A stretch of 64,000 bases of DNA from contig CAWGHH010000005.1 in NCBI GenBank assembly GCA_963822405.1, positions 39,439 to 103,438 of the forward strand. The letters run 5' to 3'. A model generated the notes under the pieces. It was not told the DNA's origin, ran no database searches, and saw nothing but the letters and a program-made list of their open reading frames with translations. The position numbers and the translations under genes were made by a program. This document shows, in pieces, positions 49,527 to 60,800 of the stretch (positions are counted from its first letter, which is position 1; each line of letters opens with the position of its first letter). Origin of the DNA: Candidatus Uhrbacteria bacterium (GTDB lineage Bacteria; Patescibacteriota; Patescibacteriia; UBA9934).

Positions 49527-50339
49527 ATGAAAAAATATCTATTCCCGTCACTACTCCTCGCCTTAAACATTATCATCATATCCGTAGCCGAGTTTTCTGG
49601 TAACGGAAGTTTTTTTGAGACCAGTGGCTTGATTCATTTAATGGCCATTTTTTTCTGTCTATTAAGCATCTACACCATTTACCGGCTGCGATATTTACAG
49701 GGAGAAGTATTTTCTAAAATTTTTCAAAGCCTCTCCGCCGCTCTACTCATCTTCAGCGCCGCTCACGTCATTGAATACTTCATGACCATTGCCAACCTGC
49801 AAAATTCATTGAAACAAATCACAGACGTCAGTGTCTTGGTCTTATATGCCTTTAGTTTAATCGTCACCTATCGTGGCTTTGAAGGTATATTAAAAATGCG
49901 CCCGAGCAATAAAAAGAGACTAATGTTTCTACCCGGAATCGCTCTTTGTCTTCTTGCCGTCATCGCCTTACTAATATTAATGGTTGATCGCGAGGCTCTA
50001 GCGGGATATGCGCTAATCTTCCCAATGGGCTTAGCTCTATTCAATATCACGATTACCCTATTTCTCGTCTCGCAAAACAAAGAGATCACAAAAATCATGC
50101 CTTTCCTCAATCAGTTCATCTCCATGTTGCGATACAGTCTATTATTAATGGCTCTAGCAACTATCTTCGAGCTACTCGAAATCATGAAAGTGACTGCCAT
50201 TCCTCAAATTCAAATAACATATCTGGCGCATTTTGCCCTTTATGCCGGAATCAGCGTCCAACTACTAGCCTTCAACAAATTGTACAATTTAGGCGGAATC
50301 TATGAGGATCTCCGCAACGCTTCCAAAAAATCCAAATAG
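49527..50339 (+). CDS. Polytopic membrane protein
   Basis: 7-8 hydrophobic segments; operon-like spacing after the kinase. Confidence 0.7.
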   Translation: MKKYLFPSLLLALNIIIISVAEFSGNGSFFETSGLIHLMAIFFCLLSIYTIYRLRYLQGEVFSKIFQSLSAALLIFSAAHVIEYFMTIANLQNSLKQITDVSVLVLYAFSLIVTYRGFEGILKMRPSNKKRLMFLPGIALCLLAVIALLILMVDREALAGYALIFPMGLALFNITITLFLVSQNKEITKIMPFLNQFISMLRYSLLLMALATIFELLEIMKVTAIPQIQITYLAHFALYAGISVQLLAFNKLYNLGGIYEDLRNASKKSK

Positions 50340-50347
50340 TTCTACCT

Positions 50348-50500
50348 ATGGAATGCCCAAATTGTCACCGACACATGAGTACCGTTAAAACCGGAACCTC
50401 CTACGGTCACAGCGGAAAAAAGTATGACACTGTTCAGTACCGCTGTATGAGCTGTGATACTTGGGCGAATATTGAAACTCCGCAAGAAGAAAAAGAATAG
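50348..50500 (+). CDS. 50-aa zinc-ribbon microprotein
   Basis: Manual translation MECPNCHRHM...YRCMSCDTWANIETPQEEKE; two CxxC; below the ORF-track cutoff. Confidence 0.65.
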   Translation: MECPNCHRHMSTVKTGTSYGHSGKKYDTVQYRCMSCDTWANIETPQEEKE

Positions 50501-50507
50501 TCACGGG

Positions 50508-51260
50508 TCACTCAGCGAGCAGGCATTCGCCCTCACAGCTAACAAGCGTTCCCGCGTCTTCGCCAAGCAGTACTCGAGCGATACTTCCTGGTTCTGACAA
50601 GCTAAAAACGAGGATGGGCAAATTTCTATCTCGACTGAGCGCAAGTGCTGTCGAGTCCATGACGTTCAGCTGTCGATTTATAGCTTCATTAAACGATAGT
50701 CGAGTGAATCGCCTGGCATCTGGATGATGCCTTGGATCTTTTTCAAATACGCCGTTAACATTAGTTGCCTTCATGACAATATCCGCCTTGATCTCAGCGC
50801 CGCGAAGAACCGCGGCAGTATCCGTTGTAAAATGCGGATTCCCAGTGCCAGCGCCAAAGATCACAATACGTCCCTTCTCCAAGTGACGTTCGGCTCTGCG
50901 CTGAATATACGGTTCGGCAATTCGGTGCATTTCAATGGCGGACATGACACGCGTCTTCACGTTCATGTTTTCGAGCGAGCTTTGTAAAGCAAGCGCGTTC
51001 AACATCGTGGCCAGCATCCCCATGTGATCCCCTGTTTCTTTTGGAATCTTTAGTTCATCCGCCATTCGTCCACGGAAAATATTACCGCCACCAACCACGA
51101 CCGCAATTTCCACACCGCGCTCAGCAGCCTCCTTAATCTCAGACGCAAACCGCTCAAGATGCTCAACGTGAATAATCCCTCGCTCTCCCCCACCAAGCGC
51201 CTCACCGGAAAGTTTTAACAGCACGCGTTTGTACTTAGGCTCGATCATTTGTTCAGTCAT
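50508..51260 (-). CDS. pyrH: UMP kinase
   Basis: RVLLKLSGEAL, GGGNIFRG, GTGNPHFTTD. Confidence 0.97.
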   Translation of the reverse strand: MTEQMIEPKYKRVLLKLSGEALGGGERGIIHVEHLERFASEIKEAAERGVEIAVVVGGGNIFRGRMADELKIPKETGDHMGMLATMLNALALQSSLENMNVKTRVMSAIEMHRIAEPYIQRRAERHLEKGRIVIFGAGTGNPHFTTDTAAVLRGAEIKADIVMKATNVNGVFEKDPRHHPDARRFTRLSFNEAINRQLNVMDSTALALSRDRNLPILVFSLSEPGSIARVLLGEDAGTLVSCEGECLLAE

Positions 51261-51519
51261 AGGTTGCCATCATTAATACGACTAGCGAGTCGCAGAGTCA
51301 ACCCAAGCTGTGTCATTCTCATTCTTGGCACAAAAAAGCGCAGAGCCTGGGTTCTACCTAGGGACAAACTGTCCCCAGATAAACATTCCGAAACCGATTA
51401 AACTACCATGTGAAATATTCCGGTTAGCCAAGTGTAGTACTAGGTGAGCCTGAAGGCAGACGTCCCTTCGGCCAAGTCTAATGCGTTACATAAGTATTCA
51501 TTTTTCTCTTATGACATCA

Positions 51520-52047
51520 ATGCAAAAAGCGTTCATTGCGGCCGTGGCTACAGCTACTATTGGTGCTGGCACAATAGGTATCGGTTCGGCCTTTGCTGCA
51601 GAAACCGGAACTCATCCAAAATTAGATAACCTAATGCAAGCAATTGCAACAAAATTCAACCTAAAGACTGATGAGGTACAGAGAGTATTCGATGAGCAAC
51701 GCGCCCTAGGACAAGCAGAACGCAAAACTGAATTCGAACAACACGCGGCTGATGTCCTAGCTAAAGCAGTGACTGACGGCAAGCTGACCCAAACGCAGGC
51801 CGACGCGCTCATCGCTAAACGAGCTGAGATAGAAGCGAACAAACCAGATCTCACCGGCAAAACTCCAGCTGAAATTAGAGCAGCTCTAAAGACGCAACAC
51901 GAAGCAGTCCAAGCCTGGGCCAAAGAAAACGGAATTCCAGAAAACTTCATCTTCCGTGGCGCGCCATTCGCTGGTCGTGGTGACAGACCAATGGGAGGTA
52001 GGGGCATGATGGGTGGTGCTGGTATGTTCCAACTAAACAATAAATAA
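51520..52047 (+). CDS. Secreted helical hypothetical protein
   Basis: Signal peptide; AVTDGKLTQTQAD; Gly/Met-rich tail. Confidence 0.7.
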   Translation: MQKAFIAAVATATIGAGTIGIGSAFAAETGTHPKLDNLMQAIATKFNLKTDEVQRVFDEQRALGQAERKTEFEQHAADVLAKAVTDGKLTQTQADALIAKRAEIEANKPDLTGKTPAEIRAALKTQHEAVQAWAKENGIPENFIFRGAPFAGRGDRPMGGRGMMGGAGMFQLNNK

Positions 52048-52146
52048 TTATTACCCCCAAACATCCGGTCTATCCGGATGTTTGTTTTTAACAGATATTC
52101 GTGCAAATGAAATAAAACCGGCGCAAAAGCGTAGTATCAGCATACT

Positions 52147-54141
52147 ATGATCAAGAAAATCACAACTTTCGCTAAAAACCGCAAAAAAACCACTGCCACA
52201 GCTGGCGTAGCTAGCCTCGCCTTAGCTGCGGTCATGATCAATTCACTAACTGGCGCCGCACCAGAAACTAAGTATGTGGTGCAAACTGTAGCCAGAGAAA
52301 CCGTTTCCACGACCATCTCCGGGACTGGTCAAATTTGGGGCGAAACGCAAATTGACGTAAAGCCCGAGGCAAGCACTAAAATTACTTCCGTGAAAGTAAA
52401 AAATGGTAGCTTTGTTAAAGCAGGAACAATCCTAGCAACGCTTGACGCGGGCGACGCCCAAAAAACAGTCCGTGACGCGTCTCTAAGTTTGCGAAGTGCT
52501 GAACTAGCTTATGCAAAACTCGTGAAGGCGCCAAGCACACTCACCCAACTCCAAACGGAGCACGCGCTTGAGGACGCCAAAAGCACGCTCAGTAATTTGG
52601 AATCTCCAAGCACGGTAGACGTGGCAGACGCGCAGGTTGCGGTTGATACCGCGGAACGGTCACTTAATAAAGCCGAACGAAATCTGGAGTCAGTTCAGTC
52701 CACAAACGCCACCGATTCCGTTTCTCCGTATACTGATGCTTATGGCTCAGTCTCTTCAGCTTTCGTTAATCTCCCGGACGTCATGCAGGATTTAAAAAAC
52801 GTCTTGGGCAGTGAAACGCACGGTAATGAAAATATTGCCTATTATAAATTGCTCATCGATCCCATCTTTACGGATCGAGTCGAAGTGAGCGTCACTCGAG
52901 CGAATACTTCTTATGCCAAGGCCTTTTCTGACTACTCGACCACAAGTCGAACCAGTGATCCAGAAACTATCACTGCATTAGTCTCAGAAACGCTCGACGC
53001 CGCAACAAATATCGCTGATGCCCTGGATAATGCAGCCACCATGTTCGACGAAATGAGCCGCGCAAACTACGGCAATCTTGCGATAGCCGATACGATTGAC
53101 GAATTAATACCCGCAATCGAATCAGATATTAACACCGTAAAATCCGACGTCTCGTCCCTAAACAACGCCTCAGATGCTATCACTAAAAGTGCGGTAGATG
53201 TTCCAAATAATTTAGCCGACGCTCAAGATGCTGTTAGCACGGCTCAAGTGAATCTCGCGAAAACTCAACAAGCACTTGAAGACCTCATTCATCCGAGCGC
53301 CGAAACTTTAAGAAAAGCTCAGGCTGCTGTTCTTGAAAAAACTGCCTCACTTGAGGCGCTCAATAGTGGCACTGATCCACTTGATCTTGAATCCCAAAAA
53401 CTCTCGCTCGAGGGCAAGAGAAATGCCCTAGCTGACGCCTTAGAAACGTATTCCAAATATACTGTTAAGGCACCAATGGATGGCACCGTTGCCGGCCTCA
53501 CAGTAAAAACAGGGCAAACGCTTGGTACGGGTGCCCTCTTAACCATGATCTCAAATCAACAGTCGGCAAAGATTGACGTGAATGAAATTGACGCCGCAAA
53601 AATCTCCGTTGGTCAAAAAGCCACGCTCACTTTTGACGCTGTAGACGGACTTGAAGTATCCGGTCACGTGGCGGACGTGGACATCATGGGAACAGTAGCT
53701 CAAGGCGTTGTGTCCTACGGCGTCGTTGTAATTCTCGACACCGAGGACGCTCGAATAAAGCCCGGCATGAGCAGTAGCGTAACCATTATCACCGCCGTTT
53801 CTCAGAATGCCCTCACCGTCCCAACTTCGGCCGTCAAAACTTCTGGCGGATCTTCTTATGTCGAAGTTTTCGATCCCGCATTAACCGACACCGGTAGCAC
53901 GTCCGGCACAGCCTCAAAAACTCCCCCAATCAAAAAACCGGTCACTACCGGCTTAGTTGGCGACACCTCAACCGAAATTCTCTCCGGCTTAAATGAGGGC
54001 GATCAAATAGTAGTCCGCACCATCACCGCCACTACTACCACCAAAACTACTTCAGCCGCCCCGAGTATCCTCGGTGGTTCAACCGGTGGTAGCCGAGGCG
54101 GAGGCATGCCGAGCGGTGGGCCTTCGTTCATTGGTCAATAA
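52147..54141 (+). CDS. MacA-like periplasmic adaptor (membrane fusion) protein with extended coiled coil
   Basis: Lipoyl-like halves, KAPMDGTV, IKPGMS, VPTSAV, EILSGLNEGD. Confidence 0.88.
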   Translation: MIKKITTFAKNRKKTTATAGVASLALAAVMINSLTGAAPETKYVVQTVARETVSTTISGTGQIWGETQIDVKPEASTKITSVKVKNGSFVKAGTILATLDAGDAQKTVRDASLSLRSAELAYAKLVKAPSTLTQLQTEHALEDAKSTLSNLESPSTVDVADAQVAVDTAERSLNKAERNLESVQSTNATDSVSPYTDAYGSVSSAFVNLPDVMQDLKNVLGSETHGNENIAYYKLLIDPIFTDRVEVSVTRANTSYAKAFSDYSTTSRTSDPETITALVSETLDAATNIADALDNAATMFDEMSRANYGNLAIADTIDELIPAIESDINTVKSDVSSLNNASDAITKSAVDVPNNLADAQDAVSTAQVNLAKTQQALEDLIHPSAETLRKAQAAVLEKTASLEALNSGTDPLDLESQKLSLEGKRNALADALETYSKYTVKAPMDGTVAGLTVKTGQTLGTGALLTMISNQQSAKIDVNEIDAAKISVGQKATLTFDAVDGLEVSGHVADVDIMGTVAQGVVSYGVVVILDTEDARIKPGMSSSVTIITAVSQNALTVPTSAVKTSGGSSYVEVFDPALTDTGSTSGTASKTPPIKKPVTTGLVGDTSTEILSGLNEGDQIVVRTITATTTTKTTSAAPSILGGSTGGSRGGGMPSGGPSFIGQ

Positions 54142-54144
54142 ATT

Positions 54145-54858
54145 ATGCTCGAAGTTTCCAACGTTACCAAAACCTACACCACCGGAAAAGAAACTTTCCA
54201 AGCTCTAAAGGGCGTAAGTTTTAGTATTAAAGATGGAGAGTTCGTTGCTATCATGGGACCGTCTGGTTCCGGCAAATCTACGCTCATGCATATCTTGGGC
54301 GCACTCGATACTCCCTCGTCGGGAACATATACGCTTGACGGTAAAGACGTGTCGACGCTCTCCGAAGATGAACTCGCAAATATCCGAAAGCAACATATCG
54401 GATTTGTGTTTCAGTCGTTCAACTTGCTTCCCCGGGCAACAGTTCTTCGCAACGCGACACTTCCTCTTATCTATTCCGGTATCCCAAAAGAAGAACGTGA
54501 ACGCATAGCTGGGGCAGCACTCAAAGCAGCAGGCCTTCAAGAATCTCACTTCAACCACCGGTCAAACGAACTCTCCGGCGGACAGATCCAGCGCGTCGCC
54601 ATTGCCCGAGCACTCGTAAATAATCCCGCAATTATTCTTGCCGACGAACCAACCGGCAACCTAGATTCACAAACCGGTGAAATTGTTCTCGGCACTTTTC
54701 AAAAACTTAACCGCGAGCATGGTCGAACAATTATTCTCATCACTCACGAACCGGATGTCGCTGAACATGCAGACCGGATTCTACTCATGAAAGATGGCCT
54801 GCTTGTCAGCGACAAAAGCAGCCACACCAAACGCAAAAGCCCTTATGCGATTTCCTGA
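54145..54858 (+). CDS. MacB/LolD-type ABC ATPase
   Basis: [33 protein letters not shown]. Confidence 0.95.
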   Translation: MLEVSNVTKTYTTGKETFQALKGVSFSIKDGEFVAIMGPSGSGKSTLMHILGALDTPSSGTYTLDGKDVSTLSEDELANIRKQHIGFVFQSFNLLPRATVLRNATLPLIYSGIPKEERERIAGAALKAAGLQESHFNHRSNELSGGQIQRVAIARALVNNPAIILADEPTGNLDSQTGEIVLGTFQKLNREHGRTIILITHEPDVAEHADRILLMKDGLLVSDKSSHTKRKSPYAIS

Positions 54859-56066
54859 TCTACTTGAAGAAACCGTCAGCCGCCTTAACCGCAAACAAAG
54901 GGCGGTCAGCATTAACGATCCTTGGCATTGTCATCGGCATCAGCTCAGTCATCACCATGGTGTCCGTTGGCCAGGGCTCCAAACAAAACATCGAGAACAG
55001 CATTCAGTCACTCGGCGCGAATCTCATTATGGTCACTCCTGGTGCCGAACGTGGAGTTGGCGTCACCGTCTCCGCTGGTCGAGGTAGTGCAAAATCCTTA
55101 ACAGAAGATGACGCATCCGCTATCGCACAACTCTCCGGCGTCTCCGCAGTTTCGCCGGAAATCTCTGGCCGATACCAAATCACCGCCAAAGGCACAAATA
55201 CGAATGTCTCCGTCGTTGGCGTGACTGAAGCCTATCCGGCCGTCCGAAATGTTTCAGTGGCTGACGGCGTATTCATAGTAAACAGTCAAAATACCGGCTC
55301 GACTAAAGTAGCGGTCATTGGACCAACCGTTCAAACTGATCTATTCGGCGAAGGAGGTTCAGCCCTCGGCCAAAAAATTCGCATCAAAGGCAATGAATTT
55401 ACAGTGATCGGAATTCTCGCTGCAAAAGGTGGCAGTAGCTTCAACAGCCAAGATGACATGGTCTTCGTTCCGCTCAAAACCGCCGAACGCCTACTCTCCG
55501 GCGACAAGTATGTGACAAGTATCAACGTGCAGGCAGCCAACGCGGATGTAATGTCAGATGTGCAGGCCACAATCACTTCCACATTACTTGACCTCCATCA
55601 CATCAGTGATCCAACTGCCGCCGATTTCTCAACCGTAAACCAATCCGATATCGTTTCCTCGGCCTCAAGTATCACAAGCACGCTGACCTCACTTCTTGCG
55701 GCCGTGGCCGGCATCTCACTCCTAGTTGGCGGAATCGGCATCATGAACATGATGCTCACAAACGTCACCGAGCGCACAAGAGAAATCGGCTTACGCAAAG
55801 CGATCGGAGCGACACGAGCCGAAATCAGTCAACAATTCTTGCTTGAAGCCGTAATTCTCACGACAGTCGGCGGAGTGATTGGTATCATTCTCGGCGTCGG
55901 ACTCGGTATGGCGCTATCGGCCTTGCACATTGTGTCCGCTGTCACCTCACTGCCGTCAGTTCTCCTGGCGTTCGGCGTTTCGGCCGGGATTGGTCTCATC
56001 TTCGGCTACTACCCGGCCAAACAAGCGGCCGGTTTAAATCCAATCGTCGCCTTAAGATACGAATAA
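54845..56066 (+). CDS. MacB-type ABC permease; apparent frameshift near 54880
   Basis: ATG 54845 [10 protein letters not shown] shifts into ALTANKGRSALTILGIVIG; GGIGIMNMM, ERTREIGLRKAIGA, LNPIVALRYE. Confidence 0.92.
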
Positions 56067-56075
56067 TTAATACCT

Positions 56076-56516
56076 ATGAAAACTCAAATCATCGTTGGTA
56101 CGGCAGTCTGTGCAATCGTCCTCTCTGGTGGCTCATTTTTCGGTGGCATGCAATATGAAAAATCACACTTGCCAAACGGCGTAGTAGCCGGTGCGTTTTC
56201 TGGTCGAGGCGGAATCGGTGGCGAGTTCCCCGGTGGTATGCCGGGAGGCACTCGAGCAAAAACTGGTGGAATGGGTGGCGCGGGATTTATTGCCGGCGAA
56301 GTGCTCGCCATTGACGACCAATCGGTAACCATCAAACTCCCGGACGGCGGATCAAAGATTGTTTACTACTCCGATTCCACGCAAATCATGAAAAGTGACG
56401 CCGGAACAAAAACCGATCTAACAGTTGGTGCCCAAGTAACAACTACTGGTACAGCTAACGCCGATGGCACGTCTACCGCTCAATCTATTCAAATTCGACC
56501 AGCTACTATAAAATAG
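56076..56516 (+). CDS. Membrane-anchored OB-fold (DUF5666-like) protein
   Basis: [43 protein letters not shown]. Confidence 0.7.
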   Translation: MKTQIIVGTAVCAIVLSGGSFFGGMQYEKSHLPNGVVAGAFSGRGGIGGEFPGGMPGGTRAKTGGMGGAGFIAGEVLAIDDQSVTIKLPDGGSKIVYYSDSTQIMKSDAGTKTDLTVGAQVTTTGTANADGTSTAQSIQIRPATIK

Positions 56517-56522
56517 TGGCAT

Positions 56523-57816
56523 ATGAAAATTCGTGGCTGGTTAATCACTGGGCTATTTTTACTTCTCCCAAGCATTCTCTGGCTCATCAAAAACCCCATT
56601 GACTTCTCCGCCACTAGCTCATTCGCCTACTCTCTTGGCCAATTTCTTGGCATCCTTGGCTTTGCACTCTTCACCCTTTCGCTCGTCCTCTCACTCCGTC
56701 TTCCCTTCTTCGAGCGTATCTTTGGGAACCTCGCTATGTCTTACCGTTTTCACCAATGGTCAGGCGTGATTGCAACGGCTCTCCTCATCCTCCATCCAAT
56801 TCTACTCGCCGTGCCAACTGCACTGTATTTCCCGACTAAGCTAGTGGGATTCTTCTTATCACCACACATTTTTACACTTCTTGGAACTATTGGTCTCATT
56901 GTCCTCGTCATCAGCATCATAGTCACTCTCTTCATAAATCTCCCTTATCACATCTGGCGACAGCTTCACCGCTTCCTAGCTATCGCGTTCCTCCTTGGTG
57001 CACTCCATGGATTCTATGTCACCGGCGCAATCCAGTTTTCGCCAATGTCTCGTGCTCTCTTGGGTATCTTTGGTCTAGCCGGCCTAATCGCCATTTTTGT
57101 TCGAGTGATTTTTAAAAAACATTTACTCCGCCGAACCAAGTTTACACTCGACCAAATCAAAGTCGACGGCACGATCATCACGCTCATCTTGAAGCCGATA
57201 AACAAACCGCTCACTTTTAAGGCTGGTCAATTCGTCTACCTGGCCATTCACGATCCATCCATAGTCGACGAGCACCCATTCTCCATCGTTTCTAAAGAAG
57301 GCGACGCAAATCTAGTCATCATGGCTAAAATGTTAGGCGACGACACAAACAAATTTGGCAGTCTAAAACCTGGAACGCTTGTTGATGTCGAAGGTCCGAT
57401 TCGGAAACTTCTCCTACGCGCTTGGTGGCAAACGTCAGCTCTGGATTGGCGGAGGTATCGGCATCACTCCGTTCCTATCCCTCGCCGCCTCGCTTCCCGC
57501 TGGATACACCATCGACCTCTACTATTCAGTAAAGGCGAAGGGCGAAGAAGTCGGCAACGATCTCCTCTTGGCGGCTGCCGGTAATTATCCTGGCCTCAAA
57601 ATTCACCTTTGGATTACAGCTGACAAAGGCTATCTCTCTTTGGCTGGCATTAAAAATGACGGTCTCGATCTTACCCAAATCGACGACGTTCTAGTGTGCG
57701 GCCCAAGTGTCATGATGTGCGCGCTCGAAGCTGACTGCAGTAAAAACAACATCAAACCAAGCCATATCCACACCGAAAAGTTCGCCACACGCACTCTCCT
57801 CCCAGCAAAAAAGTAA
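56523..57816 (+). CDS. Ferric reductase-like transmembrane oxidoreductase (FAD/NAD-binding); apparent frameshift near 57399
   Basis: His-containing TM domain, FKAGQF, EHPFSI, VEGP / FGNF, IGGGIGITPFLS, VCGP. Confidence 0.88.
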
Positions 57817-57890
57817 TAAGGGGACTAATTATCCGTTACCTCGCGAAGATTTGTTATACTCTTTAACAAATTATTATCTTTAATTTTTGT

Positions 57891-60800
57891 ATGCATCAAG
57901 CATCAACATTTCGCCTTGCTCGAACGCGTTCAATCATAAGCGCGGTCATCGTTCTTTTCGCTATAACTTCTTCAGTTTTTCTAACCAAAACTTCCCCAGC
58001 GCTGGCCGCGGCAGGAGATGGAGCATCAAGTGGCATCACCCTACAAGACACTAATGCCAACGGAAAACTTGACCAAATCATTTTCAACGTAGCCAATCCA
58101 AACGGTGAAACATGGAGACTCCAAGGAGCAATGCCTTACGGCCTAGTTGTCACCCAAGGTGGAGCAGATATCACCATCACTGGTGTTACTCTTACCACAG
58201 CCGCTACAGCTCCCTCGGTTGGTGTTCAAGTCAGTCTAAGTGAAGGTGATGCTGACCTTTTAGTGAATACAGACAGCGTTGTTGGCAATGCTATGGAACT
58301 AAGCTACGCCCAAGTAACCTGGGCTACCTGTGACGTAGGTGCAACACCAAGCATTTGTGACGCCATAGACGAAGAATTAAATGCTATTGCAACTGGAGAT
58401 GGCGCCGGTGCAGTTAATACTGAAATCGATGGCGCTAAACCAGTCCTAATCAGTATGAACATGGGCGTTGTTTCAAATATAAATGTACTACGTTTTATCT
58501 ATTCAGAATCGATGACCGTTACGGATGGCGCTTCCACAACTACAAAAGGAGATATTACAGCGGCAGGTGTAGTAGCCGGGTTTGGCACCTTCGTTACTGC
58601 CGGTACCCCGGGCAATGTGACTGTGCCGACAATAAAAAATACTATCAGTGGAAGCGGCTCTACTCAATTGACAGTCAGCTTAGCCGCTCAAAATGGCGGC
58701 TTCATGTATTCAACCTCAACAACCGAACCAAGCGGTGTTTTCACGCCGGTTGATAGCGCCCAAGTTACAGACTCCGCCCTCACCCCACTTCATGTAAACG
58801 TAGCGGGAACACCAACAGTATCAGGTGGTGGCACCTGGGATCTTACAAGACCAACGATCACCTCCGTCACCCTTGGCGATGTTGCCACAACACCCAACGG
58901 AAAAGTTGATCAAGCTACTCTAGTATTTAACTCCAACATGCGAGATTCAAGCCTTACCAGTGCTGATGCTGCATTAGGCGGAGGTGCCGGTACCTTCGAC
59001 ACTCTCAGCGCAAATGATGCGACCACAGTCTTTAACATCACGGCCGATACGCTCGCAACAAACACGTCAGCCACAGCAGCTCAGTTCACCTACAGTGCAG
59101 CCACCACTCCAATTACTGACCTTGCCGGAAACCTACTCGTCACAGCTGACGACCTAACCATTGCCGCGGGTGATATCGTAGAAACAGATGGCGCAGCCCC
59201 AGTGCTAACAGCCGTAGACGTAAACATAGTCGACGGCGCAGATACTATCGAACTTCATTACTCTGAACCAATTCAAGTTTCTAACGGTGGAGCATTCAGC
59301 ACCGTCTCTGTTGTGAGCAGTGCCACTCTCGGAGCAATGACTACCGCAAAAACCCTCGAAAACATTGCTACTTTCAATGGTGCAAGTGACATGACAGCCA
59401 GTATCGCCACTGGCAACAGCCTGCTCGTTACAAATACCTCGTCTACCGGACTCCTACAAATAGAGATGAACCAGGCAGGAACAGGAGCCTACTTTAGCGC
59501 CGGCACAACAGCTCCAACCACGGATACCTATACTCCGCTTTCTGACGTAACTAGAATCAAAGATTTAGTAGGAATCGCTGTCAACGCCTCAGCTTCACCT
59601 GTTGTTGCTACCGTTGCCTCAGCCTGGGATATAACCAAGCCAACCATCTCTTCTGTCACCATTTCCGACGCCGATGCTGATGGTCGGATTGATACCGCTA
59701 CTGTAGTTTTCAACAAAGCCATGAATGATTCACGGTTTACCAACAGCAATGGATCATTAGGCGCCGGAGCCGGAACCTTCTCAACGGGCGTTACCCCAAA
59801 TGACGCAACAACGATTTTTACCCTCACCTCTGACACGCTCGCTGTCAATACCTCGGCCACAGCCGCCCAATTTGGCTACTCAGCCGTCACCACAAAACTA
59901 GCCGACCTACTAGGAAACCTGGTGAATACCGCCGTTGATGGAGCCGTTGCAGACGCTGACATAGTAGAAACAGACGGTGCATCACCAGTAGTCGTCTCTG
60001 TCTCCCCGGCAAACGGAACTACCGGTGTCATCAGAACATCACAGTCGCTCGTTATCACTTTCTCAGAAGCCATGAATACAACGTTTGCAGAAGCCACCCA
60101 ATTCACCATTACCCCTGACCCAACCGGCTCACAAACCGCGGTCTGGTCAGTCGGCAACACCATCGCCACCATTGCCCTACCAACACTTACCGCTAGCCAG
60201 CTCTACGCCGTAACCACAGCACAGGCCACTATCAATGCAGCGTCTGGCTCACCTACTGTGCTGGTAACAACAGGTCCGTCCACCGGCGACTGGTCATTCA
60301 CTGCGGCTGGTACTGGCTCCAGTAGCAGTAGCGGGTCGTCCAGCCTCTCACACTCTGTCATGGTCAATTCGCCAAACGGTGGTCAGACTTACCATGCCGG
60401 TGAATTGAATTCCATCACTTGGTCGAGCTCAAACGTTAGCAGTGTTAATTTGTCCTACGCTACCTCAAACACAGGAACCTACACATCTATCGCTACTGGT
60501 CTAGCTAGCAGCGGTTCATATAACTGGACAGTGCCGAACGTTTCTAGCACAGATGTGTACATCAAGGTCGAAGGCTACGATCTAAATACCCTTCTAGCTA
60601 CTGACGTATCAGACTCAGCTCTCACTATCATTGGTACAGTTGTAGTTCCTGCCCCAACAGCCCCACAGAATCAACCAAGCACTGGCACTGGAGTTTCACC
60701 TTTCACTGGTCTTCCGGAAGTCATCAACGTAGTTACCGCTGGCGATGTTCTCCGTGGTGAGCACTACTCTACCGTGTATTACATTGACTCAAGCATGAAG

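Noticed and set aside
51290-51480. Riboswitch (for example c-di-GMP-I) upstream of the 51520 gene
   Set aside because: Some hairpins and a GCGCAGAGCC stretch are present, but the required GGCAAA and tetraloop/receptor elements were not found.
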